Positions 1 through 9,301 of a DNA stretch of 25,827 bases are shown in pieces (the stretch's first letter is position 1; each line of letters opens with the position of its first letter). Under the pieces are notes generated by a model, which worked only from the letters and a program-made list of their open reading frames with translations, ran no database searches and was not told the DNA's origin. The stretch is taken from NCBI GenBank assembly GCA_027117675.1, contig JAJAYM010000095.1:1-25827 (forward strand), given 5' to 3'. A program made the translations under genes and the position numbers. Source of the stretch: Actinomycetes bacterium. GTDB lineage: Bacteria; Actinomycetota; Actinomycetes; JAHEKZ01.

Positions 1-2279
1 CGGATCATCACCTCGTGGTTACCGCGACGCGAGCCGTAGGAGTTGAAATCTCGCACCGACACCCCTTGGTCCGTGAGGTACCGACCCGCAGGACTATCGG
101 CCTTGATGGCGCCAGCCGGTGAGATGTGGTCAGTCGTCACCGAGTCGCCGAGCAGGGCCAACACCCTCGCACCCGCGACGTCGGTGACGGGTGTCAGTTC
201 GCGCAGCATGCCGTCGAAGTACGGAGGCTTGCGTACGTAGGTGGACGCCGGCTCCCAGGCGAACGTGTCACCGGTCGGAGTCGGCAGTCCCCTCCAATGA
301 TCGTCACCGACGAAGACGTCGGCGTACTCGCGAATGAACGTCTCACTCGCGATCGCCGCATCGATGACTTCCTGGATGCGCGCCCCGGACGGCCACAGGT
401 CACGGAGAAAGACGGGTTGACCGCTGGGATCGGTGCCCAACGGCTCTGAGGTGATGTCGATGTCCATCGTGCCGGCGAGGGCGTACGCCACCACGAGCGG
501 CGGTGACGCCAGGTAGTTCATCTTGACATCAGGGTTGATGCGTCCCTCGAAGTTGCGGTTGCCCGAAAGCACGGAGGTCACCGCAAGGTCGTGCTGGTTC
601 ACCGCAGCCGATACTTCCGGGATCAGCGGCCCGGAGTTGCCGATACACGTGGTGCAGCCGTAACCGACGAGGTTGAAACCGAGCTTGTCGAGATAAGGCG
701 TAAGCCCAGCGCGGTCGTAGTAATCCATCACCACCTTGGACCCAGGAGCCAGCGTCGTCTCGACCCATGGCTTGCGCTGAAGTCCGCGCTCGACCGCGGC
801 TTTGGCGACGAGCGCGGCCGCAATCATCACCGAAGGATTCGAAGTGTTGGTACACGAGGTAATTGCGGCAATCGCGACCGCTCCGTGATCCAGCTCGAAG
901 CGAGTGCCGTCGTCAAGCGTGACATCGACGGGGCGTCGCGGACGTCGGGTCGACAGAGCCGTCTCGGCCCGGTGCTCACTACCGTTCGGGGCCAGTGCCG
1001 GAACGTCCGACGCCGGGAACGACTCGGCCAACGACTCGTCAACCGCGGTGATCACCGAGCCCTGCTCGTCATGCGAAACGAAGTCGTTCACCGCTGCGCG
1101 GAATGCCCGCTTGGCGTCCGAGAGGGCGATCCGGTCCTGCGGACGCTTCGGACCCGCAATCGACGGCACGACGGTGCCGAGATCGAGCTCGAGGTACTCG
1201 GAGTAGGACGCCTCAACGGCACCGTCGGCCGCGGGATCATGCCAGAGGCCCTGGGCTCTGGCGTAGGCCTCGACAAGTGCCACCTGCTGCTCAGATCGAC
1301 CCGTGAACTGCAGATACCGGATCGTCTCGGAATCGATGGGGAAGACGGCGATCGTCGAGCCATACTCAGGGCTCATGTTGCCGATGGTGGCGCGGTTGGC
1401 GAGCGGCACCTCAGCCACCCCGGGGCCGTAGAACTCGACAAACTTGCCAACAACACCGTGTGCACGCAGTTGCTCGGTGATGGTGAGCACTAGGTCAGTT
1501 GCCGTGACGCCGTCGCCCGTCTTGCCATGCAACTTGAAGCCAACAACGCGCGGAATCAGCATCGACACGGGCTGCCCGAGCATGGCCGCTTCTGCTTCGA
1601 TACCGCCAACGCCCCAACCAACGACGCCGAGTCCGTTGACCATCGTGGTGTGCGAGTCGGTACCGACGACGGTGTCGGGGTAGGCGCGTCCGTTGCGGAC
1701 CATGACGACGCGCGCCAAGTGTTCGATGTTGACTTGGTGAACGATTCCGGTTCCCGGCGGCACGACCTTGAACTCGTCGAACGCGCTCTGTCCCCAACGC
1801 AGGAATTGGTAACGCTCACGATTGCGCTCGTACTCCAGCTCGACGTTGCGGGCGAACGCGTCAGAGCGTCCGAAGACGTCCGCGATCACCGAGTGGTCGA
1901 TAACGAGTTCGGCGGGAGCCAGCGGGTTGATCAGCGCAGGGTCGCCACCAAGGTCGCGAACCGCTTCGCGCATCGTTGCAAGGTCGACGACTGCCGGGAC
2001 TCCGGTGAAGTCCTGCATGATGACCCGGCCCGGCGTGAACTGAATCTCGGTGCTGGGCTCCCCAGCGGCGTCCCACGAGCCGACCGATCGGATCTGCTCA
2101 GCAGTGACGTTGACGCCGTCCTCGGTACGCAGCAGGTTCTCCAGCAGCACTTTGAGGCTGAACGGTAAGCGTTCGGCGCCGGGCACTGCGCCGACCTGGA
2201 ATATCTCGTAAGACTCATCGCCGACCCGCAGGGTGCTGCGCGTTCGGAGACTGTCGGGATGGCTGCGCGGCGACGGCAC
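1..2279 (-). CDS. acnA: Aconitate hydratase AcnA, 3' end cut off by the window edge
   Basis: Missing from the ORF track, consistent with having no stop in the window. Manual translation gives ...[13 protein letters not shown]...[74 protein letters not shown] and [11 protein letters not shown] (aconitase [4Fe-4S] Cys motifs). GTG at 2279 follows GAGGAG; an in-frame ATG at 2294 is an alternative start. Confidence 0.95.
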   Translation of the reverse strand, partial: MPSPRSHPDSLRTRSTLRVGDESYEIFQVGAVPGAERLPFSLKVLLENLLRTEDGVNVTAEQIRSVGSWDAAGEPSTEIQFTPGRVIMQDFTGVPAVVDLATMREAVRDLGGDPALINPLAPAELVIDHSVIADVFGRSDAFARNVELEYERNRERYQFLRWGQSAFDEFKVVPPGTGIVHQVNIEHLARVVMVRNGRAYPDTVVGTDSHTTMVNGLGVVGWGVGGIEAEAAMLGQPVSMLIPRVVGFKLHGKTGDGVTATDLVLTITEQLRAHGVVGKFVEFYGPGVAEVPLANRATIGNMSPEYGSTIAVFPIDSETIRYLQFTGRSEQQVALVEAYARAQGLWHDPAADGAVEASYSEYLELDLGTVVPSIAGPKRPQDRIALSDAKRAFRAAVNDFVSHDEQGSVITAVDESLAESFPASDVPALAPNGSEHRAETALSTRRPRRPVDVTLDDGTRFELDHGAVAIAAITSCTNTSNPSVMIAAALVAKAAVERGLQRKPWVETTLAPGSKVVMDYYDRAGLTPYLDKLGFNLVGYGCTTCIGNSGPLIPEVSAAVNQHDLAVTSVLSGNRNFEGRINPDVKMNYLASPPLVVAYALAGTMDIDITSEPLGTDPSGQPVFLRDLWPSGARIQEVIDAAIASETFIREYADVFVGDDHWRGLPTPTGDTFAWEPASTYVRKPPYFDGMLRELTPVTDVAGARVLALLGDSVTTDHISPAGAIKADSPAGRYLTDQGVSVRDFNSYGSRRGNHEVMI

Positions 2280-2307
2280 CGGGGGGCTCCTCATCGTGCG
2301 GGCGAGA

Positions 2308-2335
2308 GATCGTGCAGGACGGATCCTGCCCGATC
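2308..2335 (-). other. Stem-loop between the methyltransferase stop and the aconitase RBS
   Basis: Minus strand GATCG-g-GCAGGA-tccg-TCCTGC-a-CGATC: 11 bp with one mismatch, no U-tract. Confidence 0.45.
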
Positions 2336-2339
2336 CGAT

Positions 2340-2359
2340 TTATCTTGACATCAAGATAA
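2340..2359. promoter_or_regulatory. Perfect inverted repeat TTATCTTGA-CA-TCAAGATAA, probable MarR-family (UrtR/TamR-type) operator for aconitase
   Basis: 9-bp arms and a 2-nt spacer read directly. AT-rich in a GC-rich context, about 60 nt upstream of the acnA start. The core matches the recalled TATCT-N8-AGATA UrtR consensus. Confidence 0.7.
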
Positions 2360-3562
2360 CACGAAGAGCGCGACTGTCTCCACGTGATGCGTCATCGGAA
2401 AGAGGTCGAAGGACCTCAGCGCTTCGAGTCGGTAGCCGAACTCCGCGAAGTACGCCGCATCTCGTCCCAGGGCAGCCGGATCACAAGCGACGTAGACAAC
2501 AGCGCGTGGCCGCCAGGCAGCGACCCGCTGAACCACAGCACGCTTAGCCCCCACCCGCGGAGGGTCGAGCACCACCACATCAGGCCGCAGCGTGGCCTCA
2601 GAAACCACGAATCGCTCAACGGCGACCGGGTGCACCCGCGCCAGTGGCAGGTCAGCCAGGTTCACCTCGGCGTCAGCGGCCGCTGAACGGTGCGCCTCGA
2701 CCGCGTCGACCCGGCCACCCGTGCGACTCCCCCAGACACCGGCAAAGAGCCCAACGCCTGCATAGAGGTCAACCAGGTGCTCGCCGGGCTTTGGCTGCGC
2801 CAGGTCCATGACGGCATCGACGAGGGCGTCCGCTGCCCGCGGATGGACCTGCCAGAAGCCGCCAGAGGAAACCCGCCAGGACCGACCGGCGGCCGCGTGC
2901 TCCAGCCACTTGCGACCTCGGGCTCGCCCCACCTGAACAGCCCGGTCGTCAGACTCCGGAGACACCGAGACTGATACTTCGTCGACACCGGGCCATTGCG
3001 TGGTCGTTACCTCGGTAACGTCGACAAGTGGGTGGGCGATCACGCAGTCGTCAATCGCTATCACGTCGTGAGAGCGGTGCCGCACCAGTCCAGCCCGCCC
3101 GTCGTCGTCGACGGCGAAACGCACCCGTGTCCGCCAACCGAGCCCCGGCCGCGCCGGGTCGAGGTCAGGGACGCTCTGAACCTCGCCAGTCCAAGCGACG
3201 TCGTCCCAGGCAACCTTGCCGAGCCTGGTCAGCTGCTCTCGAACGACGTGTGCCTTCAGGCGCCGTTGCTCTTCGATGGTGATGTGCTGGAAGTCACACC
3301 CCCCACAACTACCGGCGAACCGACAGGGCGGCTCGACACGCTGCGTTGATGGATCGACGACGTCGACGACCTCGGCACGGAGGTAGCGCCCCTTGGGGCC
3401 CTCTTCAGTGACGCGCACCTGCACCTGCTCACCGGGGATGACATGGCGGACGAAGAGCACCCGGCCCTCGTACCTGGCGACACAGTGCCCACCGTGGGCC
3501 ACCGACCCGACCGTGACGGTGACCACGTCGCCAACCTGCAGAGCCGCCGGCTCCACGGTCAC
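2351..3562 (-). CDS. TRAM-domain class I SAM-dependent RNA (uracil-5)-methyltransferase, RlmD/TrmA family
   Basis: N-terminal TRAM (VAHGGHCVAR), CRFAGSCGGC Fe-S motif, FWQVH, DLYAGVGLF, LDPPR, YVACDP and DLFPMTHHVE. Start reassigned to GTG 3562, which overlaps the upstream TAG (TAGTG) and follows GGAG. Confidence 0.9.
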   Translation of the reverse strand: MTVEPAALQVGDVVTVTVGSVAHGGHCVARYEGRVLFVRHVIPGEQVQVRVTEEGPKGRYLRAEVVDVVDPSTQRVEPPCRFAGSCGGCDFQHITIEEQRRLKAHVVREQLTRLGKVAWDDVAWTGEVQSVPDLDPARPGLGWRTRVRFAVDDDGRAGLVRHRSHDVIAIDDCVIAHPLVDVTEVTTTQWPGVDEVSVSVSPESDDRAVQVGRARGRKWLEHAAAGRSWRVSSGGFWQVHPRAADALVDAVMDLAQPKPGEHLVDLYAGVGLFAGVWGSRTGGRVDAVEAHRSAAADAEVNLADLPLARVHPVAVERFVVSEATLRPDVVVLDPPRVGAKRAVVQRVAAWRPRAVVYVACDPAALGRDAAYFAEFGYRLEALRSFDLFPMTHHVETVALFVLS

Positions 3563-5577
3563 TAGTCCATCTCCTTGGCCACCGCGCGCTCCGCTTCCTC
3601 TGCTGTTGGTTCGCCTCGTCTGGCCGACCCGGCACCGAAGGTCTCCGGTCGGTCGGCGGCGAGCAGAGACGAACGCAACTGGTACGGAACCGAAACCACG
3701 ACGACTCCCGGGGTGAAACGCAGGCGAGTCTTGAGGCGCAGTGCGCTCTGGTTGTGCAAGAGCGCCTCCCACCAGCGACCGACAACATATTCCGGCACGT
3801 AGACCTCGACGATGTCGCGAGGGCTGTCTTGTCGTTTGGCCTTGACGTAATCGACAACCGGACGGGTGATCTCGCGGTAGGGCGAGTCGAGCACTCGCAG
3901 CGGTACTGCAATGTTGCGCTCATCCCACTCGGCGAGTAGTGCCTCCGACTCCACGGGATCGACGCTGACCGTGACCGCCTCAAGAGTGGCCGGACGCGAG
4001 GCTCGGGCGTACGCCAAGGCACGCAGTGCAGGTTTGTGGAGCTTGGACACCAGCACCACGGCGTGGATGCGCGCTGGTAACAACTCTGATGATGCATCGG
4101 CCTTTAGCTCGTCGGCGACGTTCGTATAGTGCTTGGCGATGGCCTTCATCAGCACGAACAGCACGACCATGGCGATGATCGCCAGATACGCTCCGCGGGT
4201 GAACTTCGTCAACAGGACGACAATCAGCACGGTCCCCGTCAGCAGAAGCCCCACGAAGTTCACCGCGCGCGAGCGAAGCATCCGCCGCCGTATGACGGGG
4301 TCAGGCTCAACCGCCAGGAACCGGTTCCAGTGCTTGACCATGCCGGTCTGGCTCATCGTGAAAGAGACAAAGACACCAACGATGTAAAGATGAATCAGCT
4401 TGGACACGTTGGCATCGAAGACGATGACCAGCGCGATCGCCGCCGCAGCCAGGGCAAGGATTCCGTTGCTGAAGGCCAACCGGTCGCCACGGGTGTGTAA
4501 CTGGCGCGGTAGGTAACCATCGCGGGCCAAAATCGAACCGAGCACCGGAAATCCGTTGAAGGCCGTGTTGGCTGCCAGCACGAGAATCAGGGCAGTCGCA
4601 GATGACACGATGAGCGCGAGAACCGGTGCGTTGCTGAAGACCGCGTTCGCGACTTGCGCAATCACTGTCTTCTGGGTCGCACCATCCGGCATCCCGACAA
4701 GGTCAGCGTTGCTCTCGGCCACCCGGACGTTCGTCTTTAACGCGAGCCAGGTGATCGAGGCGAACATGGTCATCGAGATGACCCCGAGCAGCAGCAAGGT
4801 TGTGGCGGCGTTCTTCGACTTTGGCTTTCTGAACGCCGGCACGCCGTTGCTGATCGCTTCAACCCCGGTCAGCGCCGTGGTTCCCGAAGTGAACGCCCTG
4901 GCCACAAGATACACGAGGGCAAGCCCGGTAAAGGAGCCCTCGGCGACCACCTTCCAGTCGGCGCTCTCAGCCTGCAAGTCGGCACCGGACACCAATCGAA
5001 CGACCGCCCACCCCACCATCAGAAAGATCGATGCCATGAAGAAGTAAGTGGGAATCGCAAACGCCGTTCCTGACTCGCGCACACCCCGCAGGTTCAAAAA
5101 GGTAACAATGCCGATCAGGACGACCGCCATCACCACCCGGTGTTCGTCGACGGCCACGAATGCCGACGCTATCATCACAACAGCCGCCGCGATCCACACT
5201 GCCACGGTCATCACGTAGTCCACCAGCAGGGCGCTGGCAACGACGACACCGGAATTCGGCCCGAGGTTGGCACTGACGTTCTCGTAGTCACCACCGCCCG
5301 AGGGGTAGGCATGCACGTTCTGCCGATATGACGCCACGACGACGAAAAAGACCACGACCACGGCTGCCGCCACCCAGGGTGCGAAGTGGATGTAGGCAAG
5401 ACCTCCCAAGGACAGAACGAGCAGGATCTCCTGGGTCGCATAGGCGTTGGACGAGAGCGCGTCGCTGGCAAAGACAGGTAGCGCGATCCGCTTAGGGAGG
5501 AGCGTCTCGCTCAGCTTGGCGCTCGACTGCGGACGCCCGACAAGTGCGCGCTTGAAGACGGACGTCAGGGAAGCCAC
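3562..5577 (-). CDS. APC-superfamily permease, KimA/YdaO-like (probable K+/H+ symporter) with a C-terminal cytoplasmic domain
   Basis: About 12 hydrophobic segments. Motifs FASDALSSNAYA, LLVDYVMTVAV, ALTGVEAISNG, LIHLYIVGVF and C-terminal SPYRE...WWEALLHNQ. Start set at GTG 5577. Confidence 0.85.
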   Translation of the reverse strand: MASLTSVFKRALVGRPQSSAKLSETLLPKRIALPVFASDALSSNAYATQEILLVLSLGGLAYIHFAPWVAAAVVVVFFVVVASYRQNVHAYPSGGGDYENVSANLGPNSGVVVASALLVDYVMTVAVWIAAAVVMIASAFVAVDEHRVVMAVVLIGIVTFLNLRGVRESGTAFAIPTYFFMASIFLMVGWAVVRLVSGADLQAESADWKVVAEGSFTGLALVYLVARAFTSGTTALTGVEAISNGVPAFRKPKSKNAATTLLLLGVISMTMFASITWLALKTNVRVAESNADLVGMPDGATQKTVIAQVANAVFSNAPVLALIVSSATALILVLAANTAFNGFPVLGSILARDGYLPRQLHTRGDRLAFSNGILALAAAAIALVIVFDANVSKLIHLYIVGVFVSFTMSQTGMVKHWNRFLAVEPDPVIRRRMLRSRAVNFVGLLLTGTVLIVVLLTKFTRGAYLAIIAMVVLFVLMKAIAKHYTNVADELKADASSELLPARIHAVVLVSKLHKPALRALAYARASRPATLEAVTVSVDPVESEALLAEWDERNIAVPLRVLDSPYREITRPVVDYVKAKRQDSPRDIVEVYVPEYVVGRWWEALLHNQSALRLKTRLRFTPGVVVVSVPYQLRSSLLAADRPETFGAGSARRGEPTAEEAERAVAKEMD

Positions 5578-5585
5578 GGGCGCCG

Positions 5586-5626
5586 AGCCTACGCCTTGGC
5601 GATGCAAGTGTCGGTACCGCTACCGT
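5586..5626. promoter_or_regulatory. Back-to-back divergent -10 elements (TAGGCT on minus, TACCGT on plus)
   Basis: TACCGT 5621-5626 lies 6 nt before GTG 5633, with TTGGCG 18 nt further upstream. TAGGCT 5591-5586 lies 8 nt before GTG 5577. Neither gene has an SD sequence. Confidence 0.55.
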
Positions 5627-5632
5627 GGGCCT

Positions 5633-6295
5633 GTGCATGTAGTGATCATGGGCTGCGGGCGAGTGGGCTCGATGTTGGCGATCGAGCTCGACGGAACCGG
5701 GCACGATGTCGTCGTCGTCGACCAAGATCCGGCCGCCTTCCGGCGGTTGGGCGCTGCGTTCGGCGGCTCGGCGGTCACCGGCGTCGGGTTCGACCGGGAC
5801 ACACTCCTTGAGGCGGGAGTCGAGCGCACCGACGCCTTTGTCGCAGTCAGCAGCGGCGACAACTCCAACATCGTGGCCGCGCGGGTCGCTCGAGAGAACT
5901 TCGGAGTCGGGACCGTGGTGGCCCGCATCTACGACCCCAGGCGGGCCGAGATATACCAACGGCTCGGCATCCCAACAGTTGCCACCGTTCGTTGGACAGC
6001 CGATCGGGTGCTCCGCCGCCTTCTGCCCGGCGGTGTCCACGAGGACTATCGAGACCCCAGCGGGGCCGTGAGCATGGCTGAACTACCCGTTGCACCGACC
6101 TGGATCGGCCAGACATACACCAGGATCGAGCAGGAATGCGGCATCAAGATCGGCTACATCACTCGGGTCGGTGAAGGCCAGCTGACCACCGCGAGCACTG
6201 TGATCCAGGAGGGCGACATCGTGCATGCCCTATTGGCGAGCACCGATGCCGATCGGGCAGCGGCAGCAGTAACAAAACCTCCGGAAGGACTCTAG
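5633..6295 (+). CDS. trkA: TrkA-family potassium uptake regulatory (RCK) protein, CeoB-like
   Basis: VHVVIMGCGRVG Rossmann motif, SGDNSNIVAAR, ARIYDPRRAEIY and a C-terminal TrkA_C region. Start reassigned to GTG 5633. Confidence 0.9.
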   Translation: MHVVIMGCGRVGSMLAIELDGTGHDVVVVDQDPAAFRRLGAAFGGSAVTGVGFDRDTLLEAGVERTDAFVAVSSGDNSNIVAARVARENFGVGTVVARIYDPRRAEIYQRLGIPTVATVRWTADRVLRRLLPGGVHEDYRDPSGAVSMAELPVAPTWIGQTYTRIEQECGIKIGYITRVGEGQLTTASTVIQEGDIVHALLASTDADRAAAAVTKPPEGL

Positions 6296-6299
6296 AGGA

Positions 6300-6965
6300 A
6301 TGCGCGTCGCTATTGCGGGAGCCGGCAAGGTCGGCCGCTCCATCGCCGGTGAACTACTCGGTCACGGGCACGATGTCCTCCTGATCGACCCGGACGTCAC
6401 GACCTATCGCACCGACCTCGCCGAGGCCACCTGGCTGCAGGCGGACGCGTGTGAGATCTCCTCGCTCGACGAGGCCAACCTGCACACCTGTCAGGTGACC
6501 ATCGCGGCGACCGGTGACGACAAGGTCAACCTGGTGATCTCGTTGCTCGCCAAGACCGAGTACGGCGTCCCACGCGTCGTCGCCCGAGTGAACCACCCCA
6601 AGAACGAGTGGCTGTTCAACGAGGGGTGGGGGGTGGACGTCGCCGTCTCGACGCCGCGGCTGCTCTCGGCCCTAGTCGAAGAGGCGGTCAGTGTCGGCGA
6701 CGTCGTGCGGCTCATGGAGTTCGAGCAGGGTGATGCCAATCTCGTCGAGCTCACGCTGCCCGACGACTCCCCGGTTGTGGGCTCGCGGGTTGGCGACATC
6801 ACCTTGCCTCCGGACACAACGCTGGTGACCATCGTTCGCGATCGGAGAGTCATCACACCCAGCCCTGATGATCCACTCGAATCCGGTGACGAACTGCTTT
6901 TTGTCACCTCGGACGCGTCAGAAGACGCCGTTCAGCAGACGTTCAGCCCTCATCCGCGCCGTTAG
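6300..6965 (+). CDS. trkA: TrkA-family potassium uptake regulatory (RCK) protein, CeoC-like
   Basis: MRVAIAGAGKVG, ATGDDKVNLV, WGVDVAVSTPRLL and TrkA_C. GAGG precedes the ATG. Confidence 0.9.
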   Translation: MRVAIAGAGKVGRSIAGELLGHGHDVLLIDPDVTTYRTDLAEATWLQADACEISSLDEANLHTCQVTIAATGDDKVNLVISLLAKTEYGVPRVVARVNHPKNEWLFNEGWGVDVAVSTPRLLSALVEEAVSVGDVVRLMEFEQGDANLVELTLPDDSPVVGSRVGDITLPPDTTLVTIVRDRRVITPSPDDPLESGDELLFVTSDASEDAVQQTFSPHPRR

Positions 6966-7671
6966 ATTCACCACCGACGTCCTCGCGAGGGACGGGGTGG
7001 GCCGGCGGCGCCTTCCGAATCATCCAGTAGGCCAGTGCTGCGGCGCTCAGGTAGAGCGGCAATCCCATCGCGAATCGAGCGATACCGAGCCAGAGAACGT
7101 CGTCCTGCCAGTACAGGTACCCCTGCACCACTAGCCGGATGGCAAACAGACCGGCAAAGACCCACGTCATGCGCCGGTAGACGGCGAAGCGCTCGGGGTG
7201 CTTCCGCCAGGTCATCCCCTCGCCCAGGAGCGGCCCAAGCACCACGCCCACGAGCGGCCACCGGAATGCGATCGACACCAAGCAGGCCAGCAGGTAAGCC
7301 CCGTTCGTGAGCAACCCGGTCACAAAGTAGTTGCGCGCCTCGCCGGTACGCGACGCGATGAAGGAGGCGATAGCAACACCGGCGAATCCCGCGAGTGCCT
7401 GAGTCAGCGGCTGCCTACGGATCAGCCGCCACATGGTCAGCAATGCCGCCACCACCAGCGCCGCGATGAGCGCGGGCTGCAGCTCTTGCCCACCGAGGGT
7501 GTACACGCCGACGAAGACCAGGCTCGGCAACCCCCTGTCGAGCAGCCCACGTCGCCCACCAATGGCGGCGGCGATGTCGACACCCGCAATCGTGCTGCCA
7601 GCCGGAGCGATCGGCGCGACGTTGTCGTCGGCACCATCGGCATCAGGCGCTGGGGCGGTCGGCTCCGTCAC
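6943..7671 (-). CDS. DUF3159-family integral membrane protein
   Basis: Hydrophobic helices, RTGEARNYF, SIAFRWPLVG and LGIARFAMGLP. Sits in its usual position after trkA-trkA. GTGA overlap with the upstream gene. Confidence 0.8.
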   Translation of the reverse strand: MTEPTAPAPDADGADDNVAPIAPAGSTIAGVDIAAAIGGRRGLLDRGLPSLVFVGVYTLGGQELQPALIAALVVAALLTMWRLIRRQPLTQALAGFAGVAIASFIASRTGEARNYFVTGLLTNGAYLLACLVSIAFRWPLVGVVLGPLLGEGMTWRKHPERFAVYRRMTWVFAGLFAIRLVVQGYLYWQDDVLWLGIARFAMGLPLYLSAAALAYWMIRKAPPAHPVPREDVGGESNGADEG

Positions 7672-8075
7672 GCTGCGGCCGGAAGCAGGTCGTACGTCGG
7701 GTTGTACATGACCAGTGTCGAGCCGCGACGAGTTACTCGGCCGGAGACGATCAGCGCGCGGCCCGGGGTGATTCCCCGGATGACCCGACGGCCGAGGAAG
7801 ATGAGCGTCAACGCGTCACTGCCGTCGTAGAGGTCGACCTCGAGAGCCGGCACCTGCGCACGACACCGCAAGGTGATCGAGCGAACGGTCCCCCCTACCC
7901 GGACGCGAACTGCGATCGGCGCACTCGCGATCGATGTCGTCTGAAGAGCGGTGAACCGGGTGCGCAGCTCATCGGCCTCGATCGCTTTGGCGCTCGGAGC
8001 CATCCGCTCAGCGAGTCGCTGCCACCACGTGGTGCCGGGACCTGAAGACGACTTATCGGTGGTCACAACGGACAA
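7668..8075 (-). CDS. OB-fold nucleic-acid-binding domain protein (RecG-wedge-like)
   Basis: LYDGSDALTLIFLGRRVIRGITPGR...MYNPTYDL. Start uncertain: TTG 8075 or GTG 8066. Confidence 0.8.
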   Translation of the reverse strand: MSVVTTDKSSSGPGTTWWQRLAERMAPSAKAIEADELRTRFTALQTTSIASAPIAVRVRVGGTVRSITLRCRAQVPALEVDLYDGSDALTLIFLGRRVIRGITPGRALIVSGRVTRRGSTLVMYNPTYDLLPAAA

Positions 8076-8077
8076 GG

Positions 8078-8734
8078 TTACTCGGCGACAAGTGATGGGT
8101 CGGTCGGCAAGGTGAGGGGCAGCTGATCGCGCGGCGCCGCAGCATGGCTACCGCGTTCGACCGTCACCCCCGCAAAGATCTCCTCAACGGCACCGGCGCC
8201 GGCGCGGTCCGTTGCTCCCGTCCCGGTGATGACACCCCGAAGAAACCATCGATCACCATCGATTCCGATGAAGCGCACCGGTTGACGGCTCGTGACCCCC
8301 GACTCATCGGAGACTGCGACCTCCGCTTGAAGTTCTCGACCAAACGGGCCATCGACCTCACGCGCTTTGCCCTGGCCGCCGCGAATCCCCTCGGCGATTT
8401 CTTGACGCACCTCGTCCCACAGGTTCTCCGACTTCGGGGCCGCGAAGGCCTGGAGCTGCAGCATCGTTTCGTCCACCATCACCGCGACGCCAACGACCTG
8501 CTTCTGATCATCGAGTTCAGCGCGAACCTGCATGCCGTCCACGGCGGGAACTCGCAGCGCACCGAAGTTCAGCGTCGGTGGACCATCCACGTCCTCTCCC
8601 GAGTTCTGTTGATCCGGGTCGGCGTCTACCGAACCATCGTTGGCGTCATCGTTGTCCGGATCGAACCGCTCACTGATTGCTGCCTGGAATGCCTGCTCTT
8701 CTGGGGTTGCCGACCTTTTACGTAAGAGCGACAT
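8078..8734 (-). CDS. DUF3710-family protein
   Basis: LQLQAFAAPKS..LWDEVR, DGPFGREL, RFIGIDGDRWFLRGV and AAPRDQLPL. Start reassigned to ATG 8734, after GGAGG. Confidence 0.85.
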   Translation of the reverse strand: MSLLRKRSATPEEQAFQAAISERFDPDNDDANDGSVDADPDQQNSGEDVDGPPTLNFGALRVPAVDGMQVRAELDDQKQVVGVAVMVDETMLQLQAFAAPKSENLWDEVRQEIAEGIRGGQGKAREVDGPFGRELQAEVAVSDESGVTSRQPVRFIGIDGDRWFLRGVITGTGATDRAGAGAVEEIFAGVTVERGSHAAAPRDQLPLTLPTDPSLVAE

Positions 8735-8788
8735 GAGAACCGCCTCCACATACTGCGCTGCTGGCTCGGTTGCTGATCACTGGGTTCT

Positions 8789-9301
8789 TCATGACTCGGC
8801 CTGTTTGGTGGTGCCCGGCACTGAACGACCCGTCGACACTGAACGACCCGTCGACCCGAATCCACCGCTCGCGCGTGCTGACCCAGGGAGCCTGTCGACT
8901 TCGTGCCAGGCCACGCGCTCCACACGCTGTATAAGCAGCTGGGCTATCCGATCCCCTCGATGCACGACGACGGCCTGCGACGGATCCAAGTTCACGAGAG
9001 CTACCTTGATCTCGCCGCGGTAGCCTGCGTCGACAGTGCCTGGAGCATTGGCCACCGTCAGGCCCTCACGAACGGCTAGCCCGCTGCGCGGGTGGATGAA
9101 GGCTGCGAAGCCATCCGGTAACGCGATGCCCACACCGGTCGGTACGAGAACCCGTTGTGCGGGTGCGATCTCGACGTCGATCGTCGAGAGCAGGTCGAGC
9201 CCAGCGTCGCCCGGATGTGCATAGGTCGGTAGCGGCAGGTCGGCGTCGAGCCGAACGATCAGGGCGTCGACCGGGCCGCCGTCTGGTACTGATGCACTCA
9301 A
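8789..9301 (-). CDS. dut: dUTP diphosphatase
   Basis: dUTPase motifs [30 protein letters not shown] and [13 protein letters not shown] start overlaps the upstream TGA. Confidence 0.95.
   Translation of the reverse strand: MSASVPDGGPVDALIVRLDADLPLPTYAHPGDAGLDLLSTIDVEIAPAQRVLVPTGVGIALPDGFAAFIHPRSGLAVREGLTVANAPGTVDAGYRGEIKVALVNLDPSQAVVVHRGDRIAQLLIQRVERVAWHEVDRLPGSARASGGFGSTGRSVSTGRSVPGTTKQAES
8819..8854. repeat. Exact 18-bp tandem duplication (CACTGAACGACCCGTCGA x2) in the dut 3' end
   Basis: Read directly; encodes [12 protein letters not shown]. Confidence 0.9.

Noticed and set aside
591-2168. Long plus-strand ORFs (300 aa and 213 aa) over aconitase
   Set aside because: Antisense shadows of acnA in GC-rich DNA, with no recognisable motifs.
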